Source of the DNA: Octopus sinensis
Lineage: Eukaryota
Length of the DNA stretch: 64,000 nucleotides
Direction: 5' to 3'
NCBI RefSeq assembly: GCF_006345805.1
Contig: NC_042997.1
Coordinates: forward strand, 190,774,001-190,838,000
Shown here: positions 1 through 13,299 of the stretch, one piece after another
How the letters are laid out: each line of letters opens with the position of its first letter
Numbering within the stretch: position 1 is the stretch's first letter
Made by a program: the position numbers and the translations under genes
The notes under the pieces: model-generated
What the model was told of the DNA's origin: nothing
The model's input: only the letters and a program-made list of their open reading frames with translations
Databases searched by the model: none

Positions 1-84
1 GGGACGTAACACACCAGCATCGGCTGTCAAGCGATGTTGGGGGGACGAACACAGACACACTAACATATACACACGCATACATAC

Positions 85-130
<46 letters not shown>
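1..130 (-). mobile_element. SINE family A fragment with TA/CATA microsatellite
   Basis: gggacgtaacacaccagcatcggctgtcaagcgatgttgg matches the segment seen in other family A copies (e.g. 3370-3420, 60340-60400). Confidence 0.85.
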
Positions 131-133
<3 letters not shown>

Positions 134-1810
134 CAAATGCGTGAGTGCTGTTGTTTTAGCTTCTTTTCTTATCACCCGTGATGCATATTGGACCGTATCT
201 TTTGGTTGAAATTTTAAATTTTATCCATTTTCTGCAATGATCTTTATTACTGTTTTGTTCTTTCTGTTTGGAAACTGTTCGTCTCTGAAGTAATTTTTTC
301 TAGGCGTTGTTTCCATATAACAAGAAACTACTGTTGACTTGATGCGTCGAGAAAAAATTAAATATTTTATAACTTTGTACTTCTGAGTATGGAAGATTTC
401 AAAATGCTCGATAATACCTGTTGCTCTTTCGAATGACAGTGAAGTTGAAGAAGATAGTTGTATGGCTTTGATGTAGTTGTTCTATTCGATATTGTTTTTG
501 TTCTTTCTTTCGTAGCTACGGTTGTAGTTGTGATTTTGCTGCTATTGTTTCTGTGAAGGCGGTATAGATGGTGATGATGATGGCGAACGTGTGGTAGGCA
601 GTCTTCGATACTCTTTCCAACATCCTATCAAACCATCTCGATTTCAACTTTCTTTGCCGTTTTTGGTGGTTCTGATGAGCAAAATGAATGTGATAGTGAC
701 AGATATGGTGGTGATAATGGTAAAAGACGTGCAGACTATCGATTTTGATGATGCAGGAGGTCTTTCTGGTCGATAGGATGATGAGAAGGAAACGATTTGC
801 CCATTCAATTTCTTTATTAACCATGAGGTTGAGAAAAAGTGGGGACGATACGAGGACAGACAAAACAAACATTGGGGTCAGGGTTGGAATGAGATGAAAC
901 GTATGAATAGACAAACAATTAAAATATATACAATTAAATGGGAATTAGGGATTTACGAAAAAGGAAGCGGAGGACGCGGTCGACCCCACAAACCACATAC
1001 TGACACAGAAGACTTTGCTTTCTCCTTTTTATATTCTCGTTTAAACAGGTTCTTTCACTCGCAACATACTTGCTATAGACTTCCATCTTTTACGAAACAC
1101 CCTTTGCGACAGGCATTTCTTCTCCTGCCTTATTTTCCGTTTCATGTAGAAAACGAAAAAGTCGATTAGCTCGAGACTGGAGATGAACATTCCTGTTGCA
1201 ATTCCTTTTACTCTCGTCTGCTACACTACCTCTTTCGCCATAGCAACTACCGAGAGAAAACAGGCTCGCTCCTTCCTATTCAGGGAGGTCGGCGGAACAA
1301 TCTTAATTAGATATTCGCTCGACAGTTGTACTCTTCTCGAATGCGAAAGCAGGTGTTCGACATAAGCCCAGAGCTGAGTCACCTTGGGGGCATTGCACAA
1401 TCGACGTCACAGTGGTGGAAACATTGGTGATGATGGTGGTGTTGTTCTCTTTATTGGCGCTAGTTATTGTCCCCTAGCCACAATCACCGTCATTGCCACA
1501 GTGTTTACAGGGCCTGAAACTCTTTTTCACTAAAAATAACGAAATACGACTTGTTGTTCGTCTTATTTTTGTTTTTTGGTACTACTAATACTGTAACAAT
1601 TTGATATGTTGCTGTTATTTCTACCTGTGGTGGTGGTGGTGGTGGTGGTATTGGCGGGTGGTAGTAGTTATTTGTGATGTCATTACTGCAAAATTTCTTC
1701 TGAAAATATTTAGACATAATCGTATTTTTCCCTTGACTAGTAAAATTTTCGAAACAAATGACAAGCGACTGTTACCGCGTATCACTGCTACCTCCTTTCT
1801 TTTTCTTTCT

Positions 1811-1813
<3 letters not shown>

Positions 1814-1871
<58 letters not shown>
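1814..1871. repeat. (CT)n microsatellite
   Basis: pure ct dinucleotide run. Confidence 0.95.
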
Positions 1872-1873
<2 letters not shown>

Positions 1874-2120
1874 TGTCTTTAAATTGACATTTTTATATGA
1901 GATGATTGTCTGCTAACAGTAGACAATGTGGAAAATAGCTGTCTTTTCTCTAATTAAGAGAGACACAGAGTTTCAAATCCTCATTTTCCTAAAAATGTTA
2001 TGAACAAACATAAATAAAATTACAAAATTCTGTCAGACAAATTTGAAAGAAAAAACAGTTAGAATTACAGAACAGCGATGTGTACTGTTAGTAAAGCTCG
2101 GATACGACAATGATATTAAT

Positions 2121-2552
2121 CATTTCTACTATAAGTACAAAACCTCGACTCCAGGGCTCAACTGGTATTTAATTTATCAACCCCAAAATGATTAAATGCA
2201 AATCGGCCCCGGCGGAATTTGAACTCAGAGTGTAAAAACGTACGAAATTCCGCTGAGCATTTTGCCTAGCGTGCTAACGATTCTGCCAGCACGCTGGCTT
2301 AGACTAGCCTATAATATTTTTTTTTCTCATTTAGGCATAAGGCCCTAAATTTTGGAGGAGAAGGTCAGCTGATGTAATCAACCCCAGTACAGAACTGGTA
2401 CTTAATTTATCGTCCACGAAAGGATGAAAGGCAAAGTCGACCTCGGCGGAATTTGAACTCAGAAGGTAAAGACAGACGAAATACTGTTAAGCATTTCGCC
2501 CGGCGTGCTAACGATTCTGCCAGCACGCTGGCTTAGACTAGGCTATAATATT
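2121..2552 (-). mobile_element. Two tandem SINE family B copies sharing a duplicated flank
   Basis: both carry ggcggaatttgaactcag...gtgctaacgattctgccagc and both end in cacgctggcttagactag(c/g)ctataatatt. Confidence 0.8.
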
Positions 2553-2589
2553 AAAGAAGCCGACGACGATGAGTTAGCCCGCCGGATAA

Positions 2590-2750
2590 AATCCTTAGTG
2601 GCGTTTCGCCTGTCTTTACACTCTGAGTTCAAATTTCGCCGAGGTCGACTTTAGCTTTTATCATTTTGTGCTCGATAAAATAAATAACAATTGAGCACTG
2701 GGTTCGATGTAATCTACTTAACTCCTCCCCCAAAATTGCTACGCGTAATG
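2590..2750 (+). mobile_element. SINE family B, degenerate copy
   Basis: ctgagttcaaatttcgccgaggtcgacttt...gatgtaatc. Confidence 0.75.
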
Positions 2751-3440
2751 AAATATCAATTTATAGTTAGCAACAAGAAACTAACTACAGAAAATAACAG
2801 CTGTATAGAGAAATGGCGGGTAACAGTGAAGTGACATGAAGTTTTGGCAGCTTAGTCAACATGGTTCTAGTACCGACCTGGGTGCGAAGATGTCGAATAC
2901 AAAAGCAGTGATGTCACAGATCTGAGATACGAAAGAGTGAAAGCTGGGTACTGATTCCGTTTAGTAGTGACAAGATGCGGCAATAAATCTGTCATGCGTT
3001 CACTGCGAGATATGCAAGCTGTATGATAAAAAAAAATGTATGTTCAACAATTTTGCACAGTAGTGAAATGCATAATCAACAGCTATGTACTTTACAAATT
3101 ACGTTGACCTAGAGTTCTTTGTTGGCATTCTTCAGAGAGAATTTAGATAGGCTTTATTATTTCCGTTGATAATTCTACTGAGTACAGTGAGACACATGCT
3201 CTCATCCAAATAGTTGCGAATATATTTCTTTGGGATTGTTCTACCGTTAAAAGTTGAATGTTTCCACCACTGTGACGTCGCAAATCGAGCAATTCGAACC
3301 CCCAGGACTTATTCTTTGTAAGCCTAGTACTTATTCTATCGGGCACTTTTGCTGAACCGCTAAGTTACGGGGACGTAACACACCAGCATCGGTTGTCAAG
3401 CAATGTTGGGGGAACAAACACAAACGTATATATATATATA

Positions 3441-3476
<36 letters not shown>

Positions 3477-3479
<3 letters not shown>

Positions 3480-3672
3480 AAAGTTTACGAAAACAAATCC
3501 AAAGACAATGACAGGTGGTGTACAAAACAAACGGATGTATTAGTATAACGCTCAGGAATACAAAAAGTATTTTACGTTTCGAGCCTACGCTCTTCTACAG
3601 AAAGGTACACAGAAAAAAACAAGGAGAGAAACAAGGAGAGAAAAAAATGTGTGTAATGGCTAACGATTTATC
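3477..3672 (-). mobile_element. Penelope-type 3' terminal fragment nested in the SINE microsatellite
   Basis: hammerhead-like motif followed by ttcctgagcgt, as at 27527 and 38734. Confidence 0.6.
3570..3603 (-). ncRNA. Minimal type I hammerhead-like motif, A6U variant
   Basis: ttt CTGTAGA a gagc-gtag-gctc GAAA cg TA aaa. Confidence 0.5.
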
Positions 3673-4397
3673 ATATATACATATATATGACGGGCTTCTT
3701 TCAGTTTCCGTCTACCAAATCCACTCACAAGGCTTTGGTCGGCCTGAGGCTATAGTGGAAGGCACTTGCCCAAGGTGCCACGCAGTGGGACTGAACTCGG
3801 AACCATGTGGTTGGTAAGCAAGCTACTTACCACACAGCCACTCCTACGCCTACGAAAATGGCAAACAACCTTAATTGATTTATCAAAATTTAGTGGGTTC
3901 TCATCAGAGGCATCCACATCATTCTGACATTCTCCAATGTTCATCAGAATTCATAATATCATTGCATTTGTATGATTTGCCTCACGCTAGTCAAGTGGGG
4001 AAAATTCGAGCAGGAATTGAAACAGAAATACACAGCATGAGTCTATGAAGATATTGGTATTTTGATGATGAGGGTACAAAGTTGAATAACTAAAAGAAGT
4101 AATAATGAAGCACAGGGTAATCGGTGACGTTGCACAAGTTTAGCAAGAGCAACAGGACCCTTCCAAAAGATGTTGGATCTTGGATTCAAGTTGTAGAACC
4201 ACTAGCATGGTTTAATGATCACACAAATAAAATCTACAGGTAAGCTGTCCTGGGAACATCGAGCAGTAACAGGTAACGCGTAAACTGCTTCAGATGTGCA
4301 ACTGCTTGTTGTTCTCTTAAGTTTAGCGGAAAAGCAGATAGCATTCATAGATAGAAGTCCATTTTTGTTAATTCTCATCTGGAATCTCAGCATTCCC

Positions 4398-4467
<70 letters not shown>

Positions 4468-4546
4468 GCTACTACAATTGCAGATACTCTTCGAAGGGTA
4501 TCCAGTATAGAATTCTCTCCTAAAGGTTATATAAAAATATTAAAGG

Positions 4547-4950
4547 CAGCAAGCTGGCAGAATCGTTAGCACTCCGGGCGAAATGCTTAGCGGTGTTTCG
4601 TCTGCCGTTACGTTCTGAGTTCAAATTCCGCCGAGGTCGAATTTGCTTTTCATCCTTTCGGGATCGATAAATTGAGTACCAGTTACTTACCGGGGTCGAT
4701 GTAATCGACTTAATCCGTTTGACTGTTTGTCCTCTCTGTATTTAGCCCCTTGTGGGTAGTAGTAAATAAATAGGTATTTCGTCTGTCGCTACGTTCTGTG
4801 TTCAAATTCCGCCGAGGTCGATTTTGCCTCTCATACTTTCGGGGTCGATAAATAAAGTAGCAGTTTCGCACTGGGGTCGATGTAATCGACTTAACTCCTT
4901 TGTCTGTCCTTGTTTGCCCCCTCTATGTTTAGCCCCTTGTGGGAATAAAG
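4547..4950 (+). mobile_element. SINE family B, head plus two body units
   Basis: aagctggcagaatcgttagcactccgggcgaaatgcttagc head, then ttctg(a/t)gttcaaattccgccgaggtcga...agccccttgtggg twice. Confidence 0.9.
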
Positions 4951-5215
4951 AAATAGGTTATATAAAAATATGGATACCGAGTACGTACTATGTTATGAGA
5001 TACTGCAGTGTTTCACCAATAGCATAGTGCAGGAGACAGAACGGCCCTTGCATCACGTACAAGTGTGTTTTTTATTTTTTAAGCCACGTGTTAATGCAAC
5101 TTTGGCTTTATTTCGGTTGTCGATGATGGAACATTGTCCAAACGCTTGTAGAAAACTTTTAAGACGAGCGTTATAGACAACTTGACAGTACGACTCTAAA
5201 GAACTATTAATCGGA

Positions 5216-5719
5216 GGAATTTTGGTTTAAGCACCTCATTTACCCTTTTAACATTTTCACTTTTTGGAATTTTCAGAGAATTTTGCGTATTTATGTTCTA
5301 CACAAGGGAATTCATAAGATTATCAAAAAATTTTTTTTCTAATTTTGAAACCCCATCCTCATAAATCCTAGAAGTTCCACTCTTTTTCGAATTTTTGTGT
5401 TTTAAATCAGTTTAAAATACTAGTATGAATTTTTTGCTTTAACCACCCGAAATGTAGTGCATCATCATTCCATTAAATGTGTTTATTGGGAGAAAAATAT
5501 TGTAAAACATCAATACATGTCAGAGTGACAAAGAAACAAGGTATCAGGTGGTCATGAGGTGTGCTAAAAACAACAGCTAATTTGCACTTAAGTCACACAA
5601 AAATATTCCCGTGTGTAGAACACAAATTCTCAAAAATTTTCTGAAAATTACAAAAAATAAAAAGAAATATATGGGGGTACTTAGCTAGGGGTTATATGGG
5701 GTACTTAAACTAGAATTCC
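5216..5719. mobile_element. MITE with about 100-bp degenerate terminal inverted repeats
   Basis: ggaatttttggtttaagcacctcat vs reverse complement ggaattctagtttaagtaccccat; internal aattttcagagaattttgcgtatttatgttctacacaagggaat mirrors 5606-5660. Confidence 0.7.
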
Positions 5720-6179
5720 ACTTAATAATGTACCTCAAACTACCTAGGTAATAGAGAAGTACAAACAGTAAAACATGGCCAAGGGGCAATCGGCAAGGTA
5801 GAACTCTTCAAAGTGTACTCGTTAGTTGACTACGAATGTCAAAAAATCGCATGTAATTATTATTGGGTCATGTCCTATGAATCAAATGTTCCACAAACCA
5901 CCGTAGCAACTGTTTTACTGAATGAAAGAAATCTAACAGTCAATTTATGCCTAATGTATTAAACCGAAAGGTTTGGGACCACGATTTGACAAACGCAGAG
6001 CTTGCTATTTTTGATCTCCTGAGGTTGGTGGTGGTAGAGAAAAACAATGCTGACCTCGAGTAAATTTTATGTAAAGACGGATCAAAGTTACGCGTTTAGC
6101 ATTGGTTAGACGGCCAACATTTCATTTCATTTCATGCACATGTGTGTACGTGTATCATGTGTGTGTTAAGGTACATGTA

Positions 6180-6199
6180 CATATCTATGTATATATATA

Positions 6200-6263
<64 letters not shown>

Positions 6264-6361
6264 GTATATGAAATATATATAAGCACAAATACTTTTCCTC
6301 TTCTCATTCCTTCTCCCCTAAATATATTTATAACATACGATATACGCACACAGACACAGAG

Positions 6362-6429
<68 letters not shown>

Positions 6430-6650
6430 GTGCGTATATATAGTATATATATATATATATACATATGTATATATAGTATATATATATGTACATATATGTA
6501 TATATATATGCATATATATGTATATATATATGTATATATATATATGTATATATATGTATATATATATGTATATATATGTATATATATATATATATGTATA
6601 TATATATGTATGTAAAGATATATATATATATATATTATGAGAGAGAGAAA
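6180..6650. repeat. Compound (TA)n/(CA)n/(TATG)n microsatellite
   Basis: direct inspection. Confidence 0.95.
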
Positions 6651-7947
6651 GAGAAGGAAAGAAGAGGGGAGGCTGCAATGAATAAAACTAAATGCATGAG
6701 ATGATTATGAAACTGAAATAAAGTAATGATATAATATAGAAAAAAAGAAAACAAACAAGATACTCTGCATGTTAAATTATATTTTTAAAAAGAAGTCGAT
6801 CGAACAGAGGAAATGCAATCTCTTAGATATGAAAAATAATTTCTCATGTATTTAGTTTCCATATATACATTTTTTTTAATATGGTCACATTGAGCAAATT
6901 ATGACATATTCTTGTCATTTTAAAAATCACAGTTTATGTGAAACCCAATGACTTTCTTCCTCACAACCACCACCACCACCACCACTACCAATGCGAATAC
7001 AAAAACAACGACTACTTCGTCGACAGCAGCAGCAAAATACAACAAAAAAAAAACATAAAAGACAATTTCCAAAAATCTCTGTAAAAAAAAAAAACTTTAA
7101 TAGCAAGTAATAACAATAACAATCCCGTTTACAACAACATCAAAAACGGCAACAATACTGAAGCAAAAAAAAATATATATATATACCAACAATATGAACA
7201 GAAGTTACAACAGTAACAACAGAATTCCCTAACAATGATTCCGACATTTCGTGCTTGCAATTAGCTCTTTCTTTTTTTCTAATCATCCCTTTTGATATTG
7301 CTGTCATGACAACCCAACGGCATATAATTCTTCTCGTTCTCCCCTCCACCGACGAAGCCACCAGCTCACCTCTCCAAATAGAACTCGTGACAAACCACAG
7401 TAATATTTCCTATGTTAGTCGTATTTTCTATGTGTTTCTTCATCAGGAATATATTATGTTAAATGAAAGTGATTAAACCTTTTACCACATTAAATAACAT
7501 ATTTTCCAAACACCTTACCGTGATTTTAATTATCTTTGCTTAGTAAGGGCCTTTATTTGGTATCACGCGACAAAAAAGCAACTTGTAGAGCCAGCCTCAT
7601 GTATAAGGATCTCCCTTGAAGACACAATATGTTACGTGTATGACATTAAGTTTTAATCAAAGTATCCAGAGGTTCGATACGGTTAACAAATGAGAGTACT
7701 TAGAGTAACGTGTAATACTCTTAAAAGATTGCAAATCAATGTCTGTATTTAGGATGTCTTTTTCTGGGGGTCTCTCGTTTAAGTTTCACTAACACAGATT
7801 TTCTGATTTCAGGTCAAGTAACAGGACACAAGATTTCCCCTGTACAATAAGCTAATCACCAACAATATTTATAGTTCTCAGAAACCATAATTTCAACCAA
7901 ATGCTATGTACTCATACACCCAGGAACATACATATACATAAAGAGAA

Positions 7948-7978
<31 letters not shown>

Positions 7979-8070
7979 AGTGAAAGAAAGAAAGAAAGGA
8001 AAAAAGAAAGAAAGAGTGAGAGAGGGATACATACATAAATACATAAATATACATATGTGTAAATAACTGA

Positions 8071-8455
8071 GTATCTTTTACTTGTTTCGGTCATTTGACT
8101 GCGATCATGCTGGAGTACCCCCCATCCTTGAGGAACATTCGGTCGAATGTATCGACCTCAGTACGTTTTTTTAAAGCCTGGTACTATCGGTCTCTTTTGC
8201 CGAAACGCTAAGTTACGGGGGTGTAAACAGACCAGCACTTATTGTCAAGCGGTGGCACGAATAAACAGACACAAAGACACACACATAGATATATACGATG
8301 GGCTTCTTTCAGTTTCCGCTTACCAACTACATTCACATGGCTTTGGTCGGCCCGAGGCTATAGAAGACATTTGCTCAAGGTGCCACGCAGTGGGACTGAA
8401 CCTGGAACCATGTGGGTGGAGAGCAAGCTTCTTACCACACAACCACGCCCGGGCC
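8071..8455 (-). mobile_element. SINE family A, full length, diverged
   Basis: tail cttttacttgtttcggtcatttgactgcg through head ccacacaaccacgcc. Confidence 0.9.
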
Positions 8456-8499
8456 TATATGGAAGTCAACATTTTTTGTAATGGAATTATTTAAGGGTT

Positions 8500-8890
8500 C
8501 ACAAAACAATGTAAGTAGGTAGTATGTTTTAGCTGATCAGTTTCTTTACTTGTTGTTTTTGTTATTTATTGTGTTTCCTGTTCGTATTTGGCAGGGTGGG
8601 GTTATTAGTCGGACAAATCATGGTGGTGTTAGTATAGAAATCTGCTTACCACTCCATCATAACCCACCCTCCAGAATACACAGAATACACAAGAGGTTTA
8701 ATGTAAGGATAAGCAAGTTAGGCAGGTCAATTCACAAAGTATATGAAATACAAGAAATACAAAAAAATGTATGTATGCTTACATACAAAACGGCCTGTCT
8801 TACACAGAATAGAAATGATATCAAGAATTAAAGGATTTGAAGAAAAGTATTACAAACCCAACAGCTGTTTCTGGGGTGCTCGTTGGTCCA
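8500..8890 (-). mobile_element. Probable degenerate Penelope-type 3' fragment
   Basis: aacagctgtttctgg (reverse complement ccaGAAAcagctgTT) is shared with the hammerhead family at 51641 and 56529-56653; the catalytic core is decayed. Confidence 0.35.
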
Positions 8891-9949
8891 AAATATGTAA
8901 TTAATTATACATGTATATTCTCAATAAATGGTTTCGTTTTTGTTTTCTACCTTTTTCTGTTTTTATTCTTTTTCTGCACGAACATTTCAGTTTTAATAGC
9001 AGCGTGAATTGTCTTCTTTTCTGATATGATATCGATTTCTGGGGTAGACCAGAAGCCTTAGCTGCATAAGAAAAGAATAAGAAGAAAAACAGGATTGTCT
9101 TATGCTCGTGGTTTTCGTAATGTTATCGGGAAATTGACAATGATCAGAAGTACAACTGTAAAACAACCATTAATGATTGGTTGATGTTACAAACCTACTG
9201 GTAGGATAATGGATAATCCTAGTTGACAACCATAACACTCAACTAAATATTCCCATCTGTCAACGATATCTGAAATTTGTTTGTCAGTTATTACTGAAAA
9301 TGCTTTTTGCTAAAATAGCGGGTGAAGTTAATCGTTTCATAATAGTATGGTAAAAGTTATTTTACTTGGCTGTGGTCCACTTCGTTGTTGATTTATTCGA
9401 AATATTTTACTGAAACATTTAGAGTAGGCACGACTTATGTGCTGAAAGTGCTGCTGTTCTCCGTCTTTGAATGCAGAAGTCGATGTCTCATCAGACGACG
9501 AAGCAGTTCTATAAGTGGTTTGGCCCCTTCCACTGCGACACCAGAATAGCCCGAGGTCATATCTCTCACACGAAATCACAGATTTTATTGAGTCAAATGT
9601 TGAGGCTGTGGGCTTAATCTTTCAACCATCCTCACTGCTCGTTCTTGCTGGTATTTATGCATTTAGGCAGATTTAATGGAGTGGTGGTGGGGGACGTTTT
9701 TGGGGTAGGTTGGTATTTAGGAGATAAACGAGGTACAAGCTATTGTTCTTAGGGGAGTGGTCAAAAGGCCAGAGTGTTTTTGAAATGAGAAGAATCAGTG
9801 AGAAAATAAATAAATAAAAGAATAAATAGAATAAATGAATTGAAACAGATATATGGGATGGGATTTTAGGTAAATTAGAAGACAATTGCTTTTTAGTGGT
9901 CAAGAAGAGGTAGGCAGTTTGTTATTGTTAGGTGGAGGGAATAAATAGA

Positions 9950-10168
9950 TATATATACATGAAAAAACATATATAATAAATATACATATAAACACACATA
10001 CATACACATGCGAATATACATATGTATACATACATACGCACATATATATACATACATACACATACACACACATACATATATATACATATACATATATATA
10101 TACATATATATATATATATACATATACATATACATATACATACATACACCTACATACACACACACACG

Positions 10169-10199
<31 letters not shown>

Positions 10200-10785
10200 T
10201 ATATATATATATAATATATATACACATACAAATACACATAAGTATACATACATAAATATACCTACGCACATATAAACATATACATAATTATGCATATATA
10301 AACACATACATAAATATACATATGTACACACAAACGCACACATAAATATATACACGCATATATAAACACATATGCACATATAAAACATGTGTGTATATAA
10401 ATATATATACGCATATATAAGTATATATACGCATATAAATACATATATGCATATATAAATACACACATGCATATACATACATACACACATATACATACAT
10501 GCACATACATACACATACATACACGTACATACATATACATATCTCCACATATACACATATATATATACACATACATAAATATACATGTCCATATATATAC
10601 ATATACATACATCCATACACAAATATACATGCATACACACATACATTTATTACAAATACACATGTATATATAAATACACATACGCATACATAAACATATA
10701 CTTGCATATACACATACATACACACACATATATATACATAAATACATACATGCATATATACATACACATATACACATATACATAC

Positions 10786-10835
<50 letters not shown>

Positions 10836-10880
10836 CATATACATATATATATATATACATATACATATATATACATATAT
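9950..10880. repeat. About 930-bp alternating purine-pyrimidine (CA/TA) low-complexity tract
   Basis: direct inspection. Confidence 0.9.
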
Positions 10881-11000
10881 TTGACGGGCTTCTTCAGTTT
10901 CCGTCTACTACCAAATCCACTCACAAGGCTTTGGTCAGACCGAGGCTATAGTAGAAAACACTTGACCAATGTGCCACGCAGTGGGACTGAACCCGGCTCG
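10881..11000 (-). mobile_element. SINE family A head fragment
   Basis: gacgggcttcttcagtttccgtctac...gcagtgggactgaacccgg. Confidence 0.85.
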
Positions 11001-11184
11001 ATCAGAACAAGAGTAGGACAAACCATAACAACGGTGCTGACGTTATGTCGCTATATAAAAATATAAAAATATATAATATAGCTGAGTGCAATATTGTACA
11101 TTTTGGGGACACTAGTAACAATGTTAACCAATGAAATATTATGCAATATTTTTACCAGGTTCTCTCGGGTGGAGTCGATAAATA

Positions 11185-11747
11185 TTGGGTTGTCCGGAAA
11201 GTTCATGCCGATTTATGCTTACTTTTCGACTTATTTTAGAACATGGTTGAGTCCATAAAATAGGATTTGTCTGCACCTCCATTTAGGGCACAGTTTAAGC
11301 TATCTTTTTGTGGAAGAAGGTTTATGTTCCTATAACCTGTGTTAATTCTGTAATCTTTTAAAATGGAAGATAAGAAAGTTCCTTTTCGGCACTTGATGCT
11401 TTGGGAACCAGACAAAAATTGCTGCAGCTCAGCTGGGATGTGTTACTCCACCCTCCATATTCACCAAATATTGCTCCTTCGGATTTCCACTTATTCAGGT
11501 CTCTGCAGAATAGTTTTAATGGTAAAAATTTCAATTCCTTGGATGGTGTAAAAAGATACCTTGATGAATTCTTTGCCTTGAAACCACCTCAATTCTGTGA
11601 AGAGAGTATTTTCAAGTTAAAGGAAAGATGGAGACGCATTGTGCAACAAAATGGTTTATATTTGGCTGATTAAAAATGTAAAGGCAAGTATTTATTGACC
11701 TTTTTTCTTTCCTTTAAAAATCGGCACGAACTTTCCGGACAACCCAA
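11185..11747 (+). mobile_element. Internally deleted mariner element (563 bp) with TIRs and TA target duplication
   Basis: TA|ttgggttgtccggaaagttcatgccgattt ... aaatcggcacgaactttccggacaacccaa|TA; encodes MEDKKVPFRHLML joined to HPPYSPNIAPSDFHLFRSLQN...ERWRRIV. Confidence 0.95.
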
Positions 11748-12869
11748 TAAATGAATGTATTTGTCTCAGATAGTTGTGATGAATTTTGTCAACTTTGTGA
11801 TGTTTAACATGTTTCTATAAGCTAAGTGTATCACCAGGCTAACCCATATAATATTTGAGCTCAGGGATTCAGGTTAAAGGAATATTCGACAAATATTCCA
11901 GCTCTTAATCGCGATAAGCTGCAGCAACTCCTCATAAATTCTGTTTACAGTAGAAGACACTGGCCCAAGTTGCTACGCTGTAGGACTGAACCTGGAAATA
12001 TATGGTTGTAAGCAAGCTACTTACCACGACGATGTCTGGCAGATTTAAATCTGGTCGGTATAGCCTCCAAAGGGATTTCGTATTACTTAAGTTTTCATTT
12101 CCGTCTATGCAACCAAACTGATTGAAACCAATAAATGCATTGTAATGAACAGATATGCTTAAACGTCAAAATATATACTGATTGTCCCCTAAAGAGGGCA
12201 AGACTTAAACATTGTACTGATCGTTTAAGATGAAGTTTCAATTATGGAACATTTAGTATAAACGAAAAAAAACTGTATCAAAAGGATAAGGAACTTACAA
12301 GGTCCTTCTATTCGGTAACTGGAAGATGTTTTACCTACATTCTGACACCTTAGAACCAAGAGAACAGTTAACAATGATTGATAACATATCACTGATTTTG
12401 TTACGTACATAGCTCCTGTACATACTTAAGTTTTTATAAAGCACAGTTTACCTTGCTACTAACAGATAGCGACTATGCATGGTACAGCATATCGTGGTAA
12501 GCAGCAAGTGCACTGCTCGCAGCGAATTTACAGGTTTATCATTGCATATATAATGGTAAACTTACTCTGGCTAAGCTGATCTAAATAAATATACAACATA
12601 ATGATTAGCGAACCGAACCAAAGACGAAACATTTAAATTGTCGCTCAACCGGCTAGAAATGGCAGGCTAATCTTCTTATTCAGCATCAAGTTGAAGTGTT
12701 GCCCAAAGTACGCTATGCCCGAAACTTAGGATCCTATGCCTTTGAAAATAGCTCTACACGAGCAGGGCTGGGCCCTGGAGTAAATAAAACCAACAATATA
12801 AAAGTTACGGAGTGAACGAGACAGTTTCTACTGAGTTTGTTGAGTTGGCAGAAAGAATATCTAAGTTCT

Positions 12870-13299
12870 TAAGGCGGCGAGCTGGCAGAAACGTTAGCAC
12901 GCCCGGGCGAAATGCTTAGCGGTATTTCGTCTGCGTTACGTTGTGAGTTCAAATTCCGCCGAGGTCGACTTTGCCTTTCATCCTTTCGGGGTCGATAAAT
13001 TAAGTACCAGTTACGCACTGGGGTCGATGTAATCGACTTAATCCGTTTGTCTGTCCTTGTTTGTCCTCTCTGTGTTTAGCCCCTTGTGGGTAATAAAGAA
13101 ATAGGTATTTCGTCTGCTGCTACGTTGTGAGTTCAAATTCCGCCGAGGTCGACTTTGCTTTTCATCCTTTCGGGGTCGATTAAATAAGTACCGGTTACGC
13201 ACTGGGTCGATATAATCGACTTAATCCGTTTGTCTGTCCTTGTTTGTCCTCTCTGTGTTTAGCCCCTTGTGGGCAGTAAAGAAATAGGTATTTCGTCTG
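12870..13299 (+). mobile_element. SINE family B, head plus 2 x 183-bp units
   Basis: ggtatttcgtctg recurs at 12921, 13104 and 13287. Confidence 0.92.

Larger units (their letters stand above)
3282..3851 (-). mobile_element. SINE family A (tRNA-like head, CORE-like ccttgggcaagt segment, internal microsatellite), interrupted by a Penelope-type end
   Basis: minus-strand head aggcgtaggagtggctgtgtggtaag...agttcagtcccactgcgtggcaccttgggcaagtg with Pol III A/B-box-like motifs; tail matches other copies. Confidence 0.9.

Noticed and set aside
3850-4400. Possible exon or decayed transposase with a cag|gtaagc donor
   Set aside because: All frames are interrupted by stops and no motif was recognised.
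6960-7420. Thr/Asn-rich codon-like stretch
   Set aside because: Short frames broken by stops and A-runs; consistent with degenerate triplet repeats.
9300-9660. Possible coding or transposase remnant, and a CTGATGAG on the minus strand
   Set aside because: No frame gave a recognisable motif, and no hammerhead stems could be formed.
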